A stretch of DNA of 64,000 nucleotides, from IMG/VR virus record IMGVR_UViG_3300006153_000003; one strand, given 5' to 3'. The first letter of the stretch is position 1; each line of letters begins with the position of its first letter. Shown here in pieces: positions 39,053 to 48,954 of the stretch. The translations under genes were made by a program, and so were the position numbers. The notes beneath the pieces are model-generated. The model saw only the letters and a program-made list of their open reading frames with translations. It was not told where the DNA came from and did not search any database. The stretch is from a virus (lineage: Duplodnaviria; Caudoviricetes).

Positions 39053-40784
39053 CAATGTTAACAACCTAACTCAAGCAACTACAACATATAGTGTTTCTTT
39101 TAATTGGCACGGGATTCCCTGTGCCTTTCTTTATTTATAACCACTAATACGATTAAAATATTGCACAAAATTCGCCCATAAAAACCAGCATATTTACTAT
39201 TGACATAAGCTCCAAAAAATGCGGCGCAGCCCTTGTTTATATTACTTTTTTAAGGGGGCTGCATCGTATGAATTTAATTCAAATCTTAGTCGATATTATC
39301 TGTAACACATTACTTGATCCACATGTCCTTGAACGGGCCAGAAACAGAAAAGGGGCTTTTACACGCAATTGCGGGAAACTTCCCTATTGGACATTGATCA
39401 AACTGTTATTAAGAAATTCCAAGAAAACTATTTCTTCATCACTGGATGAATTCTTTACCGAATTGCGGCATATATCAGGAATTCCAATCTCTGATACTGT
39501 GAAATGTTCCCAACAGGCTTTCAGCAAGGCCCGTTCCGGCATTGATCACTCTATTTTCAAAGAATGCTTCGAACGTGTACTTGACTTCCTTTGCAGCAGG
39601 GATTCCCTGGATTTCCATTCACGTTTCATGGGTGTATGGGGACGGCAGATCATTGCTGTTGACGGCTCTAAAATACCTCTTCCTAACCGTAAGACTCTTC
39701 TTGATAAATACGGCAGCATAGGGAGAGGCCAAAACTCTCCCACTGCCATTGCCAGTGTTGCTTTTGATGTACTGAATCACCGCATCCTTGATGCACAGCT
39801 CGAACCCATGAGCGTCGGTGAACGTACCCTTGCCATAAGGCATATGCAAAATATAAAAAGCAAAGCACGGACGAATCTATTATACACCATATTTGTCTTC
39901 GATAGGGGATATGCTTCAAAAAATTTATTTTCTTTTATCGAAGACACCTTACATGCCGGATATCTCTTCCGGTTAAGGACTAAATTTAACACGGATATTG
40001 ATGCACTCCCTGTACCGGCGGATCGAAATGGAATCAGTGACTATATCTTTTTCCTTGATGGCAGGAAAGTACGCATCCTTAAATTTTACCTCCCAAGTGG
40101 GACGGTGGAAACGCTGATCACAAATGATTTTGACCTTGCCAAAGAACTGTTCCGCCAGTGTTACTTCCTTAGATGGCCGGTGGAGGAGAATTATAAGCTT
40201 GTCAAAGAAAAGATCGGGCTCACTAATTTCCGGGGCTATTCCGAGAACTCCGTTCTCCAGGAATTCTGGATATCGGTATTGCTTGCAAACCTGGCTCTTG
40301 CCATAAAGCGGGAGACGGACGGCATTGTTGACAGCACCATAAACCAGAAAGGGAATCAGAACAAATATATGACAAACATGAATGAGCTTGTCGGATACCT
40401 GAGCCGTCACATAGGAGAATATATGGATGCTGATACAGACACAGAAAAGTATGGCATCATCCGCTGTATATTTGATTTTGCCGTATCTCACCGGGTGCGT
40501 GACAAAAAGGGCAGCGGGGAATCAAATCTACGTACAACTCCAAGAAAAGTCAAACATCATTACAATAACAAGACTACACACTAATACCATTTAAGAAAGG
40601 TGGTGGTGCCAGTTTCTTTATATTCTACAATACAAACGCCATATCTAAAAAAACAGCTGATAGCAACCAAGGGGAAAGTCTGCCCTTTTTTCAGTGTATT
40701 TTAATCATTTCTATCATCTGCTATTATTGGTTTAATAGCTTAATCCTATTGTGATATCATGCCACTACTAAGTTGTTAACATTG
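39053..40784 (+). mobile_element. IS4-family insertion sequence, 1732 bp, with 10-bp target duplication ATATTGAAAC
   Basis: TIRs CAATGTTAACAAC at both ends; TSD at 39043-39052 and 40785-40794; higher GC than flanks. Confidence 0.92.
39268..40584 (+). CDS. IS4-family DDE transposase
   Basis: AVDGS, FDRGY, Y..RW.VEE.YK..K (YREK) motifs. Confidence 0.93.
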   Translation: MNLIQILVDIICNTLLDPHVLERARNRKGAFTRNCGKLPYWTLIKLLLRNSKKTISSSLDEFFTELRHISGIPISDTVKCSQQAFSKARSGIDHSIFKECFERVLDFLCSRDSLDFHSRFMGVWGRQIIAVDGSKIPLPNRKTLLDKYGSIGRGQNSPTAIASVAFDVLNHRILDAQLEPMSVGERTLAIRHMQNIKSKARTNLLYTIFVFDRGYASKNLFSFIEDTLHAGYLFRLRTKFNTDIDALPVPADRNGISDYIFFLDGRKVRILKFYLPSGTVETLITNDFDLAKELFRQCYFLRWPVEENYKLVKEKIGLTNFRGYSENSVLQEFWISVLLANLALAIKRETDGIVDSTINQKGNQNKYMTNMNELVGYLSRHIGEYMDADTDTEKYGIIRCIFDFAVSHRVRDKKGSGESNLRTTPRKVKHHYNNKTTH

Positions 40785-40800
40785 ATATTGAAACACCTCC

Positions 40801-41067
40801 TCATTCTGGCATATAATACACATAGCTCGGATTTTGCTTTCCCACACCAGTCGCCTCGCATTCCTTTAAATACTGATATGTATCACATATTTCATTTAAT
40901 GTTTTAATGGCTTCTCCTTCTGATTTGTATCTTCCAAGATTGCATGAACTTTCAGTATTACCATTATATGACTGCACAAATTATTCTGAATTTTGTAAAA
41001 CTATACAAATAGAATCTATACCTTCCATCACAACTATCGTTGTTTTATCCTGAGATCTTATAAGTAT
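40801..41067 (-). pseudogene. Small phage gene with internal TAA at 40981-40983
   Basis: ILIRSQDK...NSE*FVQ...LGRYKSEGEAIKTLNEI...YYMPE reads in one frame across the stop. Confidence 0.55.
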
Positions 41068-41084
41068 ACCTTTATCCTCGTCTT

Positions 41085-41354
41085 CTAATATTCTTCATAA
41101 TCTATCTCACATTTTTCTTCCGGCGCTGACTTCTCTGCCTCATTGACTTTTGTAAGAGCTATATTCCTATCAAAAAATACAATTTTTTCAATATCAGTAT
41201 TATTGAAGAGATATGCCCGTTTATCTCTTTTGTCTACGGCAACAAACCAGGAATCTCTTACTGTGCGCACTATTAATTCACACACTTCATAAATCCTTGT
41301 CCTAGGAATAACCCGGGCATAATATAAACTATCTTTTCTCTTTAATCGCACCAT
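41085..41354 (-). CDS. Hypothetical phage protein
   Basis: ORF coupled to nrdG. Confidence 0.55.
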   Translation of the reverse strand: MVRLKRKDSLYYARVIPRTRIYEVCELIVRTVRDSWFVAVDKRDKRAYLFNNTDIEKIVFFDRNIALTKVNEAEKSAPEEKCEIDYEEY

Positions 41355-41977
41355 AATACAACTTCACCTTGCTGCAATGATTTTTGCACATCTATTACCC
41401 TCTGGTTTCTGGATCCACGCCATTTAAGTGTTATATCTCTCTGATCTTCAATATACCTACCATCTATAAGCACATCACACTGGGAAACTATTTGCTGCCT
41501 TTTCCATCTGCCTATAGATAACTTCTCCATAGTCTGAGGATGATAATGCCATTGAGGATCAAATATATGGTCCCATTCATATCCAGTGTAAAGCCAAATA
41601 GATTTACGGGGTGTTGAAAGGCGGATTTCATTCGGATTAGCACACAACATACAGTGTTTGTATTCTTTATTTTGCACTATATCTTGTTTGATATTGTACC
41701 GAACATTCACCTCAGTCACTAAATCTAGGACATCATCAAGATTTTCTTCAAAAAGCGGGTCCCCTCCCGTCAATGTCAGCCCAGAAATATAGTTTTTATC
41801 AAGTTCTCTGAATAATTCTTTTTTTGATGCTTTGCCAAATGAGATACCACTCTTAGCAGCCCATGTTTGAGGATTTTGACATCCCTTACATCTATGAGCA
41901 CAACCTGAGAGCCATAATACCACTCTCAAGCCTTCCCCGTTGCATACATCTTCTTTATCTATTTTAAAATAGTTCAT
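41342..41977 (-). CDS. nrdG: Anaerobic RNR activating radical SAM protein
   Basis: NGEGLR, CxxxCxxC, GGDP, WRGSRNQR. Confidence 0.93.
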   Translation of the reverse strand: MNYFKIDKEDVCNGEGLRVVLWLSGCAHRCKGCQNPQTWAAKSGISFGKASKKELFRELDKNYISGLTLTGGDPLFEENLDDVLDLVTEVNVRYNIKQDIVQNKEYKHCMLCANPNEIRLSTPRKSIWLYTGYEWDHIFDPQWHYHPQTMEKLSIGRWKRQQIVSQCDVLIDGRYIEDQRDITLKWRGSRNQRVIDVQKSLQQGEVVLWCD

Positions 41978-41985
41978 ACACTCTC

Positions 41986-44900
41986 CTAAAATTTCTGATG
42001 TTTTATCCGCATTTCAACCTCTTGTTGTTTACCTTCGTTAAACGCCGTTTTATAATCTCCTGTCAAATATCCGGTTACTCTACGAAGTCTACGAATTTCA
42101 TTACATCCACACATAGGGCATTCTTTATTTATATCATCACAGTATCCGCAATTTATACACATATCATTTGGAACATTGACTGCGAAATAAGGTATATCTT
42201 TATCCATTGCATAATTAACGATAGACTCAAGTGCATCCAAATTATTTTTAACGCTACCATTGAGTTCAACATATGTTATGCATCCTGCACTACTATAACC
42301 AGTAAGTTGAGACTCAATATCAATCTTTTCAGTTGGAGACATTTTAATCCATACAGGAACATGTATAGAATTTGTAAAAAACTTTTTATCAGATATTTTA
42401 GGAATTACTCCATATTCTTCTTGAAATTTCTTCATTGCTGTAAAACACAAATTTTCAGCTGGGGTATAATAAACTCCAAAATTCAACTTATACTGTTCTT
42501 TAAATTCTGTGCATCTGTCTTTAAATAATTGTTCAATTCGTTTTGCTAAATTCATGCCTTTTTCTGTAGTATGATCACAGTCAATAAGTATCTGAAGTGT
42601 TTCTGCTAATCCTAATTGCCCCATTGCAAGTGTTCCATGCTTTAGAGCTGAGCGAATATTTTTTCCATCATATCCTTCCATAACTTTATTTTCGTACATA
42701 AATTTAGCTGAATCAGAAGATTGGCTACAAATCCATTCAAATCTTTCAAGCAACATATCCTTTGCTTCATGAATTTTTTCATCCAGAAGGTTAAAAAAAT
42801 CCTCGATTATATATTCTTCTGTACAATCAATATCAAAATCGTCTATCGTTCTCTTTTTTGATCTCATTGCCAATGTCGGCATAATAATTGTTACAGGGCA
42901 AATATTGCCTCTACCATCTTTTAATTGTCCAAATCCATTAATATCCCAACCATTTGCTGTTCTGCAATTATGACTATAAATTCCACTGACCTCAAAATGA
43001 TCACTTTCAGTTTCTACATCATAACTGTATTCCAACATATTACTGATCGGTGCTATACTATTTATTTCTGACTTAAAAAAATAATTACTGCTTTCATTTT
43101 CTATATAATTATCAAGTTTTTTCTGTGAAACAATAAACGTTAGCAAATCATCATTAGGTACAAATTCAACTCTATATCTTATTGCATTTGGATTCTTTTT
43201 TGAATAATGATTCTGATATACTGCACATGGCATTCCTAATGATTGCGCTAATGCCATTTGTTGTAATGCTAATTCTTTATTTGTTGAACCAAGTTGTACA
43301 ACCGATACATTATGTCTACTAGCATTTATATAACCATCTGCATCTATCATACCTGCTAAAAAACTCAACTTCGCATTATAGTTCCATGAGAATACTTCAT
43401 TTGGAATATGTCTTCTTGCTTTTGTAAGTCCTTCATATTTTGTTGATAAATAGTCAATAATATTTGTAACATTACCCATAGAAAATAAATCTTTATATCT
43501 TCCTTTATATCCTCTATGTCTTTCTATTACTTTGACAGAATTATCAAAACATTCTTTCATTCGTTCAATATAAGCAAGTTCTATATCATTTTCAGTATCA
43601 AATGCAATAGATGATGATAAATGTCCATCATAGCATCCGTCACACAAAATGAACCCTAATAACCAAGCTTTATGCTCATCAAAAACAAGACTTTCTTCAT
43701 AATATTGAGAAGGATTTATACTTATAATATCATTCCTTTTAAGTTCATCGGCTCTAATCCTTCCCCGATTTGTATGGAATGGATGATCTATTGTACAAAT
43801 TAATGAACGACCATGTGACATTTTAATATTTAGCCATTCCGAGCTTGTATTCCTAATAACCTTTTTAACTGAAACAAAACCTTTTTCTGTATCATAAATT
43901 TTTACATTGTCAACTTCTAAATATAAATTCTTATTATTTCCATTTTGTTGTTTAGCATTAAAATAGTCAGAAAGACGGTTCCACATACGTTTAAAAGATT
44001 CCACATATAAATTATCTTTGAATTTATACGTTATTATTTCGTTTCCTTCTACACATCCCATCGTACTAAAATATGTTTTAGGATCGTTTCTGTCATATCC
44101 CTTATTACCAGACCAATCTACATTTGCATAATTCGGATATAATCGTTGAGCTGTAGATTTAAGTGCTAACCTATACAAGTCATAATTCGGATCTTCTGGT
44201 TTCCTATTTACACCGTTCATACATTGAAAAATTCCACAAGGGAAAATACTTGTCTTATGTAATTTGCCAATCCCCTCAATCGAAACTTCTAACAATGCTT
44301 TTGTTATCATTCTTCCCTCTGGTTCTGTACAAGTTCCATAATTAATGCTAGTGAACGGTAATTGATTCCCTGATCGACTTTGTAAAGTATTCAAATTGTG
44401 ATAGAGTCCTTCGACGGCTTGATATACTTCTTTCTCAGTTTTGTCCATAGCATATTTATATGCTTTTGATTTAAATTCGAAATATGTAGAATCTTTAACT
44501 GATGGATTATCTTTCTCGTAATCTTTTAGATTCGTTTCGATCCACTCATTATCCATACATTCGATATATTTCATTCCATCGAGATAATGCTTATAAAAAC
44601 TTTTTCTCACATATGGGATCATAGTCCAATCAAGATGTGTAGCTGAAACACCACCAAACTGTTGCAAAGATTGTAATTGAAATATAACTGCCACTAATTG
44701 AAAAGCTGTACTTACTGATTGTGCAGGTCTTACATCTGTTTGTCTTGTATTAAATCCTTCTGCTAATAATTTGTCAAAAGGAATTGATAAGCAATTATGA
44801 CATCCTACGGCATAACTATTTAAATCATGAATGTAAATTTCGTTATTTAAATGGTTGTTTTTTGCCATTTCTGACATACAATTATCCAATGCATATTTTT

Positions 44901-45309
44901 TTAAAACAGTATCACTTGCTTCACCAACACGTCCACCAAATGATTTCTCATCAACATTTGCATTTTGATTTTGAACGTTCTTAGCATTAAGTTTTTCAGA
45001 AATATCTTTCATAAGTTGAGTATTTTTTTCTCTAATAGCTGTTCTATTATTTCTATATATAATGTACCGTCTTGCAACATCTTTTCGATTGGATATCATT
45101 AATTTTTCTTCTACTAAATTCTGAATCTCTTCTACAGTCATATCTTTATTTAATGACGCTATGTAATTGGCAATATCCCTTGCTTTTTCTTTTGCATATG
45201 CAGTTTCATCACTATCAACATCAAAAAATGCTTTCAGAACAGCAATCTTAATTTTTTCTTTATCAAATTTAACTTTTCGTCCATCCCTTTTTTCTATCTG
45301 CAATAACAA
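41986..45309 (-). CDS. nrdD: Class III anaerobic ribonucleotide reductase with ATP cone, interrupted by an intein
   Basis: ATP-cone N-terminus, TMG|CR active-site motif split by the intein, RRVTGYL glycyl radical motif. Confidence 0.95.
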   Translation of the reverse strand: MLLQIEKRDGRKVKFDKEKIKIAVLKAFFDVDSDETAYAKEKARDIANYIASLNKDMTVEEIQNLVEEKLMISNRKDVARRYIIYRNNRTAIREKNTQLMKDISEKLNAKNVQNQNANVDEKSFGGRVGEASDTVLKKYALDNCMSEMAKNNHLNNEIYIHDLNSYAVGCHNCLSIPFDKLLAEGFNTRQTDVRPAQSVSTAFQLVAVIFQLQSLQQFGGVSATHLDWTMIPYVRKSFYKHYLDGMKYIECMDNEWIETNLKDYEKDNPSVKDSTYFEFKSKAYKYAMDKTEKEVYQAVEGLYHNLNTLQSRSGNQLPFTSINYGTCTEPEGRMITKALLEVSIEGIGKLHKTSIFPCGIFQCMNGVNRKPEDPNYDLYRLALKSTAQRLYPNYANVDWSGNKGYDRNDPKTYFSTMGCVEGNEIITYKFKDNLYVESFKRMWNRLSDYFNAKQQNGNNKNLYLEVDNVKIYDTEKGFVSVKKVIRNTSSEWLNIKMSHGRSLICTIDHPFHTNRGRIRADELKRNDIISINPSQYYEESLVFDEHKAWLLGFILCDGCYDGHLSSSIAFDTENDIELAYIERMKECFDNSVKVIERHRGYKGRYKDLFSMGNVTNIIDYLSTKYEGLTKARRHIPNEVFSWNYNAKLSFLAGMIDADGYINASRHNVSVVQLGSTNKELALQQMALAQSLGMPCAVYQNHYSKKNPNAIRYRVEFVPNDDLLTFIVSQKKLDNYIENESSNYFFKSEINSIAPISNMLEYSYDVETESDHFEVSGIYSHNCRTANGWDINGFGQLKDGRGNICPVTIIMPTLAMRSKKRTIDDFDIDCTEEYIIEDFFNLLDEKIHEAKDMLLERFEWICSQSSDSAKFMYENKVMEGYDGKNIRSALKHGTLAMGQLGLAETLQILIDCDHTTEKGMNLAKRIEQLFKDRCTEFKEQYKLNFGVYYTPAENLCFTAMKKFQEEYGVIPKISDKKFFTNSIHVPVWIKMSPTEKIDIESQLTGYSSAGCITYVELNGSVKNNLDALESIVNYAMDKDIPYFAVNVPNDMCINCGYCDDINKECPMCGCNEIRRLRRVTGYLTGDYKTAFNEGKQQEVEMRIKHQKF
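42967..44055 (-). mobile_element. Intein (363 aa) with LAGLIDADG homing endonuclease
   Basis: Starts CVEGNE, block B ICTIDHPF, LLGFILCDG and FLAGMIDADG, ends YDVET..HF...GIYSHN followed by Cys. Confidence 0.93.
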
Positions 45310-45326
45310 ATACCTCCAACATTAAT

Positions 45327-45488
45327 TTATCTTTCATCAACTAATTCTTCTAATACACCACCAATTTCAGCGATAACTATTCCTACTGCCACAGGTACGA
45401 CCGATTTACTAATTAGTGTAATAATTCCACCAACCACTCTAACCGTTGATTTTGCCAAACTGATGAATAGATGTCCTTTACTGTTCAT
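45327..45488 (-). CDS. Small membrane protein (53 aa, not in the ORF track)
   Basis: MNSKGHLFISLAKSTVRVVGG...LEELVDER; GAGGAGG RBS. Confidence 0.6.
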   Translation of the reverse strand: MNSKGHLFISLAKSTVRVVGGIITLISKSVVPVAVGIVIAEIGGVLEELVDER

Positions 45489-46014
45489 TTGTTTTTCTAA
45501 CCTCCTCTGCGATTTTATCTGCTATCATATTGCAATTATAATCACTTGATGTTGTAGTCTCATATGGGATATCCATATCCTCTAACATTTTAATAATCCT
45601 ATTTCTTACTTCCTGGGCTTCTTCTTCATTCTGGAATCTCCCGGAGTTTTCATAAGTATGATACCTTGTGAGTAAATAATTTCTGTTATTATATGAATTG
45701 AAAACATTTAGAACTGTTTTATTAAAATTATCTCCTAACGTTTCATCTGAATTGTATACTGCACAGAGTATCAATGGAGAATCTACAACCATAACTTCTA
45801 CTTTATCTTTTACTCTCCCCATTTTGAAAGATTGTTTTCCAAACATATATTCCTGATGTTTAAAAACCTCTCCATTGCTTTCATAGACTTTATCTTTCGC
45901 AAATTCAGATACATACTCGGCATTAATGCCTTTTCTTTTCAATTTTGCTGTGATATCCATAGCAGCGGTACTCTTACCGGCAGATGGTTCACCAAACAAA
46001 TTTATCACTATCAT
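45478..46014 (-). CDS. NadR/Ttd14-like AAA P-loop kinase
   Basis: GEPSAGKST, EYVSEFAK, VVDSPL. Confidence 0.75.
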   Translation of the reverse strand: MIVINLFGEPSAGKSTAAMDITAKLKRKGINAEYVSEFAKDKVYESNGEVFKHQEYMFGKQSFKMGRVKDKVEVMVVDSPLILCAVYNSDETLGDNFNKTVLNVFNSYNNRNYLLTRYHTYENSGRFQNEEEAQEVRNRIIKMLEDMDIPYETTTSSDYNCNMIADKIAEEVRKTNEQ

Positions 46015-46016
46015 TG

Positions 46017-46235
46017 CTATTCTCTCCTCCTTCTCTTATTGTATATTCTTGTAAATGAAACAAAAGCAATTGCAGCAATCAATATCTCAACACCATATTT
46101 AGGAACCAGGTATGAAAATGAAAAAATAACGCCAGATGTTCCAAACACCAAAAACATTATGTATACTTCAAAGATGTAATTCCACACATTGGTTAATATC
46201 TTCTTTAATTTATTCTTTAATTTATTCTTCTTCAT
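46017..46235 (-). CDS. Small membrane protein
   Basis: Two hydrophobic segments. Confidence 0.5.
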   Translation of the reverse strand: MKKNKLKNKLKKILTNVWNYIFEVYIMFLVFGTSGVIFSFSYLVPKYGVEILIAAIAFVSFTRIYNKRRRRE

Positions 46236-46464
46236 TTATACGCCACTTTCTAATAAAACAATAAAAATCATGTTCAATACTTGCATCTGGTGTACTAATG
46301 GTAACATCTATAGGACGGGTTAAATCTAGGCTGTAAATTCCCAGGACACTTTTCCCATCAATTACCTGACGATTCTGTTTTACATCAATATCACCTGAAT
46401 AATAATCACTACAGGCTTTTGTAAAACTATTCACATCATTAATTGTCTTTAACCGAATTCTCAT
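46222..46464 (-). CDS. HPr-like protein 2
   Basis: VIDGKSVLGIYSLDL (Ser46 motif), no His15 motif; GGAGG RBS supports start at 46464. Confidence 0.8.
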   Translation of the reverse strand: MRIRLKTINDVNSFTKACSDYYSGDIDVKQNRQVIDGKSVLGIYSLDLTRPIDVTISTPDASIEHDFYCFIRKWRINEEE

Positions 46465-46712
46465 ATATTTTCCTCCACTATCCATCTATAAATTGAATTC
46501 AAAAACTGTTCAACTATTTTTTTATCTTTTGAATGAATTGTCACATGTGCAATCTTTCCCAATGTTGTTGATAGGATTCCTAGTAAAGATTTTGCGTCTA
46601 TTACATATCTTCCAATTACATAATCAACGTCTTCATCAAATTCCTCACAGACTTTTGAAAAATCTTTCGCACTATCTATACTATTCAATTTAACTTTTAC
46701 TGTGCTATTCAT
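46461..46712 (-). CDS. HPr-like protein 1
   Basis: GRYVIDAKSLLGILS (Ser46 motif), no His15 motif. Confidence 0.8.
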   Translation of the reverse strand: MNSTVKVKLNSIDSAKDFSKVCEEFDEDVDYVIGRYVIDAKSLLGILSTTLGKIAHVTIHSKDKKIVEQFLNSIYRWIVEENI

Positions 46713-47136
46713 TGTTTTGCCTCCGGTACGCCTCTACAACATTTTCTAACAGAGCTAATCTTTGCATCTCTTCATCAAAATATTTAATCTTGCCAAACAC
46801 ACTATCATCTTTAAGTACACCAACATCTTTCCCAGGAGAAATGCAATTTAAATATGCATAGCTATATGAAACATTAGTTTGAATAATAATGCCATTTACT
46901 ATTTCATCATTACTAAATGCATTTACCATGTTACATATTTCATTCTGTGTGAAATTTTCAAAATTGAAATAGACTAAATCAATACCAATATTATCACAAT
47001 CTTTTTTAAGATCTTTATAATATGCGCTATACGTTTTGTCATTCATAACTTGAATCATGATTAATGTTGGTACTTTTTCCAATTTTGCCACGTTCTCGAT
47101 TAAATTTTCTCTTACAATTTTCTGTGCAATATTCAT
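46705..47136 (-). CDS. Stand-alone FolD N-terminal (THF dehydrogenase/cyclohydrolase catalytic)-like domain
   Basis: P.L..IQV..D..SAY...KKDC..IGI, D..VNGIIIQ, ISPGKDV motifs; NAD(P)-binding domain absent. Confidence 0.65.
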   Translation of the reverse strand: MNIAQKIVRENLIENVAKLEKVPTLIMIQVMNDKTYSAYYKDLKKDCDNIGIDLVYFNFENFTQNEICNMVNAFSNDEIVNGIIIQTNVSYSYAYLNCISPGKDVGVLKDDSVFGKIKYFDEEMQRLALLENVVEAYRRQNNE

Positions 47137-47159
47137 TTTTTCACATCCTCTTTCTGCAT

Positions 47160-47600
47160 TTAAGTATTATTAACATAATGTCTAATCATATAAAGAATCA
47201 GTTCCTCCCTGTCTGTAAATATTCTTTCACAAAACTCTTTAAGCCATGGGTGTATAATATTTTCTTCTCCATTTTCACATAAACCAAATATTGGGATTCT
47301 ATTCTCAGATGCAACTGCCATTTCACAGGCAGTTCCTATACTTTTTGGATCGTTGAAATTTACAATCAACGCATTAGAATTACGGATTTTGTACAACTCA
47401 AAATTCATGATCTCTTTTTGACTCTTATATCCATAATCATCCAGGAAATTGAAATGATCATTAGGGTTACAACATTTTGCTTTCCCATCAGTTATTAGCT
47501 CTATTCGTGTTTTGATATTTTCTCTCCACTCATTGCATTCTTTGAAACGTTCTTTTCCAAACAGTCCCATGACACCGGAAAGATAAAATAATTTTTCTAT
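47160..47600 (-). CDS. Nucleoside 2-deoxyribosyltransferase-like protein
   Basis: FYLSG.M, WR, SIGTACEM, HPW motifs; RBS GGAGGTG implies an ATA start at 47600. Confidence 0.75.
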   Translation of the reverse strand: MEKLFYLSGVMGLFGKERFKECNEWRENIKTRIELITDGKAKCCNPNDHFNFLDDYGYKSQKEIMNFELYKIRNSNALIVNFNDPKSIGTACEMAVASENRIPIFGLCENGEENIIHPWLKEFCERIFTDREELILYMIRHYVNNT

Positions 47601-47724
47601 GCAATCACCTCCAGAATTTATTTCTTTTTGAATTCTATAAGAATACAAATTAAACATATACCTATAATTGCACCCGTAAAAAATCCAAGAGTTACTCCAA
47701 GTCCAAAACATGTAATATTATCCA

Positions 47725-48282
47725 TTATCTTTTCCTATCTCCTATCGTTTTCTTATATGTATATAAAATCATCTCTGCCAGAATCTCAGGCTTTAATCCC
47801 AGATCGTTACTAAATGAAAAATCCACATAATTAATAATATCAGAGAAATCTTCTCGATCAGCATTTAACCTTCTCACGGCTTCATTTATATTATCTCCAC
47901 GGCGTTTTAGCCTGTCCCAAACAGTTTCTTCACTAACGGAAATATAGAAAGAAACCGGATTAAGCGATTCTATATTTTTTAGTTGTTTTAATCCTTCTGG
48001 ATTTACAATGATTACTTTATTATCTTTTAGATCCTCTACTGCACTTCCATAATACCAAATTTCCCCAGTCGCAACATGATATGAAGTTGTCTCAGCAAAA
48101 AATCCTTCTTGCTTTCTTCTCAAAAAATCTTCTTTTGAGATAAAATGATATGTAATACCGTCCTTTTCTCCCGGTCGTGGAGGGCGAGTTGTATATGTTA
48201 CAACCGTCTCCATATCATTTTCAACAAGATATTTCTTGATTAAGTCCTTTCCAGCACAACTCTTACCTATTAAGATCAGCAC
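47725..48282 (-). CDS. gmk: Guanylate kinase-like protein
   Basis: GKSCAGKD, TYTTRPPRPGEKDGITYHFIS, WYYG. Confidence 0.88.
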   Translation of the reverse strand: MLILIGKSCAGKDLIKKYLVENDMETVVTYTTRPPRPGEKDGITYHFISKEDFLRRKQEGFFAETTSYHVATGEIWYYGSAVEDLKDNKVIIVNPEGLKQLKNIESLNPVSFYISVSEETVWDRLKRRGDNINEAVRRLNADREDFSDIINYVDFSFSNDLGLKPEILAEMILYTYKKTIGDRKR

Positions 48283-48285
48283 TAC

Positions 48286-48930
48286 TTATTCCTCCTCAGT
48301 TTCAATATCATCAAAAATAATAGGCAATTTCTCTTTCAATTCTGTTAATAGAGAAACCGCAACTTCTCTCATTTGTGGATGTGCTGCTTTTGTTGTTCTT
48401 AGCTTAAAGAAATTTCGCCATTCCCGATAATTTGCAGTAATGACAATTTCTGTTTTCGTGCTATTCGGGAGTACGGATCTTGCTTCCTGGGGTGTTGCAC
48501 CATCCTCCAATAGCAACATGTATATTTTTTCACAACAAACCATTGCGCTACACCATCTGTTATATTTATCAGAATCTTCCTTCCAAAAGCATGGTTTGAT
48601 AAATGTAATTTCCCCACCATGTTTTTCTTTAGAATAATTACAGTATCGTGTACTCTCCTGGGCAAATGATGCAATTCTATGGCGAACTAATTCATGTGAT
48701 ACACCACGATCAACAATAAGCTTTACTGATAAAGATGAGTGCTCTACCATCGCTTCATGACCTCTATCAATAATCATCTTAACAAATTTCTTTGCTGATC
48801 CTCCATCTGCTGTAATTTTATCTTCCGACTTATAACATACTCGTCCTATTTTTTCAATATGCTGAAGTTCCTTAATTCCTCCTTGGGAAATAGGCGTTAA
48901 AATTTCAAATCCTGCATTTATAATTTTCAC
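48286..48930 (-). CDS. thyX: FAD-dependent thymidylate synthase
   Basis: GHEAMVEH, ELVRHR...QESTRY, EARSVLP, LR...AHPQMR. Confidence 0.95.
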   Translation of the reverse strand: MKIINAGFEILTPISQGGIKELQHIEKIGRVCYKSEDKITADGGSAKKFVKMIIDRGHEAMVEHSSLSVKLIVDRGVSHELVRHRIASFAQESTRYCNYSKEKHGGEITFIKPCFWKEDSDKYNRWCSAMVCCEKIYMLLLEDGATPQEARSVLPNSTKTEIVITANYREWRNFFKLRTTKAAHPQMREVAVSLLTELKEKLPIIFDDIETEEE

Positions 48931-48954
48931 TATGTATCACTCCTTATAATTTTT

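Noticed and set aside
47601-47711. N-terminal extension of ORF 47160..47711
   Set aside because: Overlaps a separate small hydrophobic ORF starting at 47725, and the strong SD lies at 47606-47612
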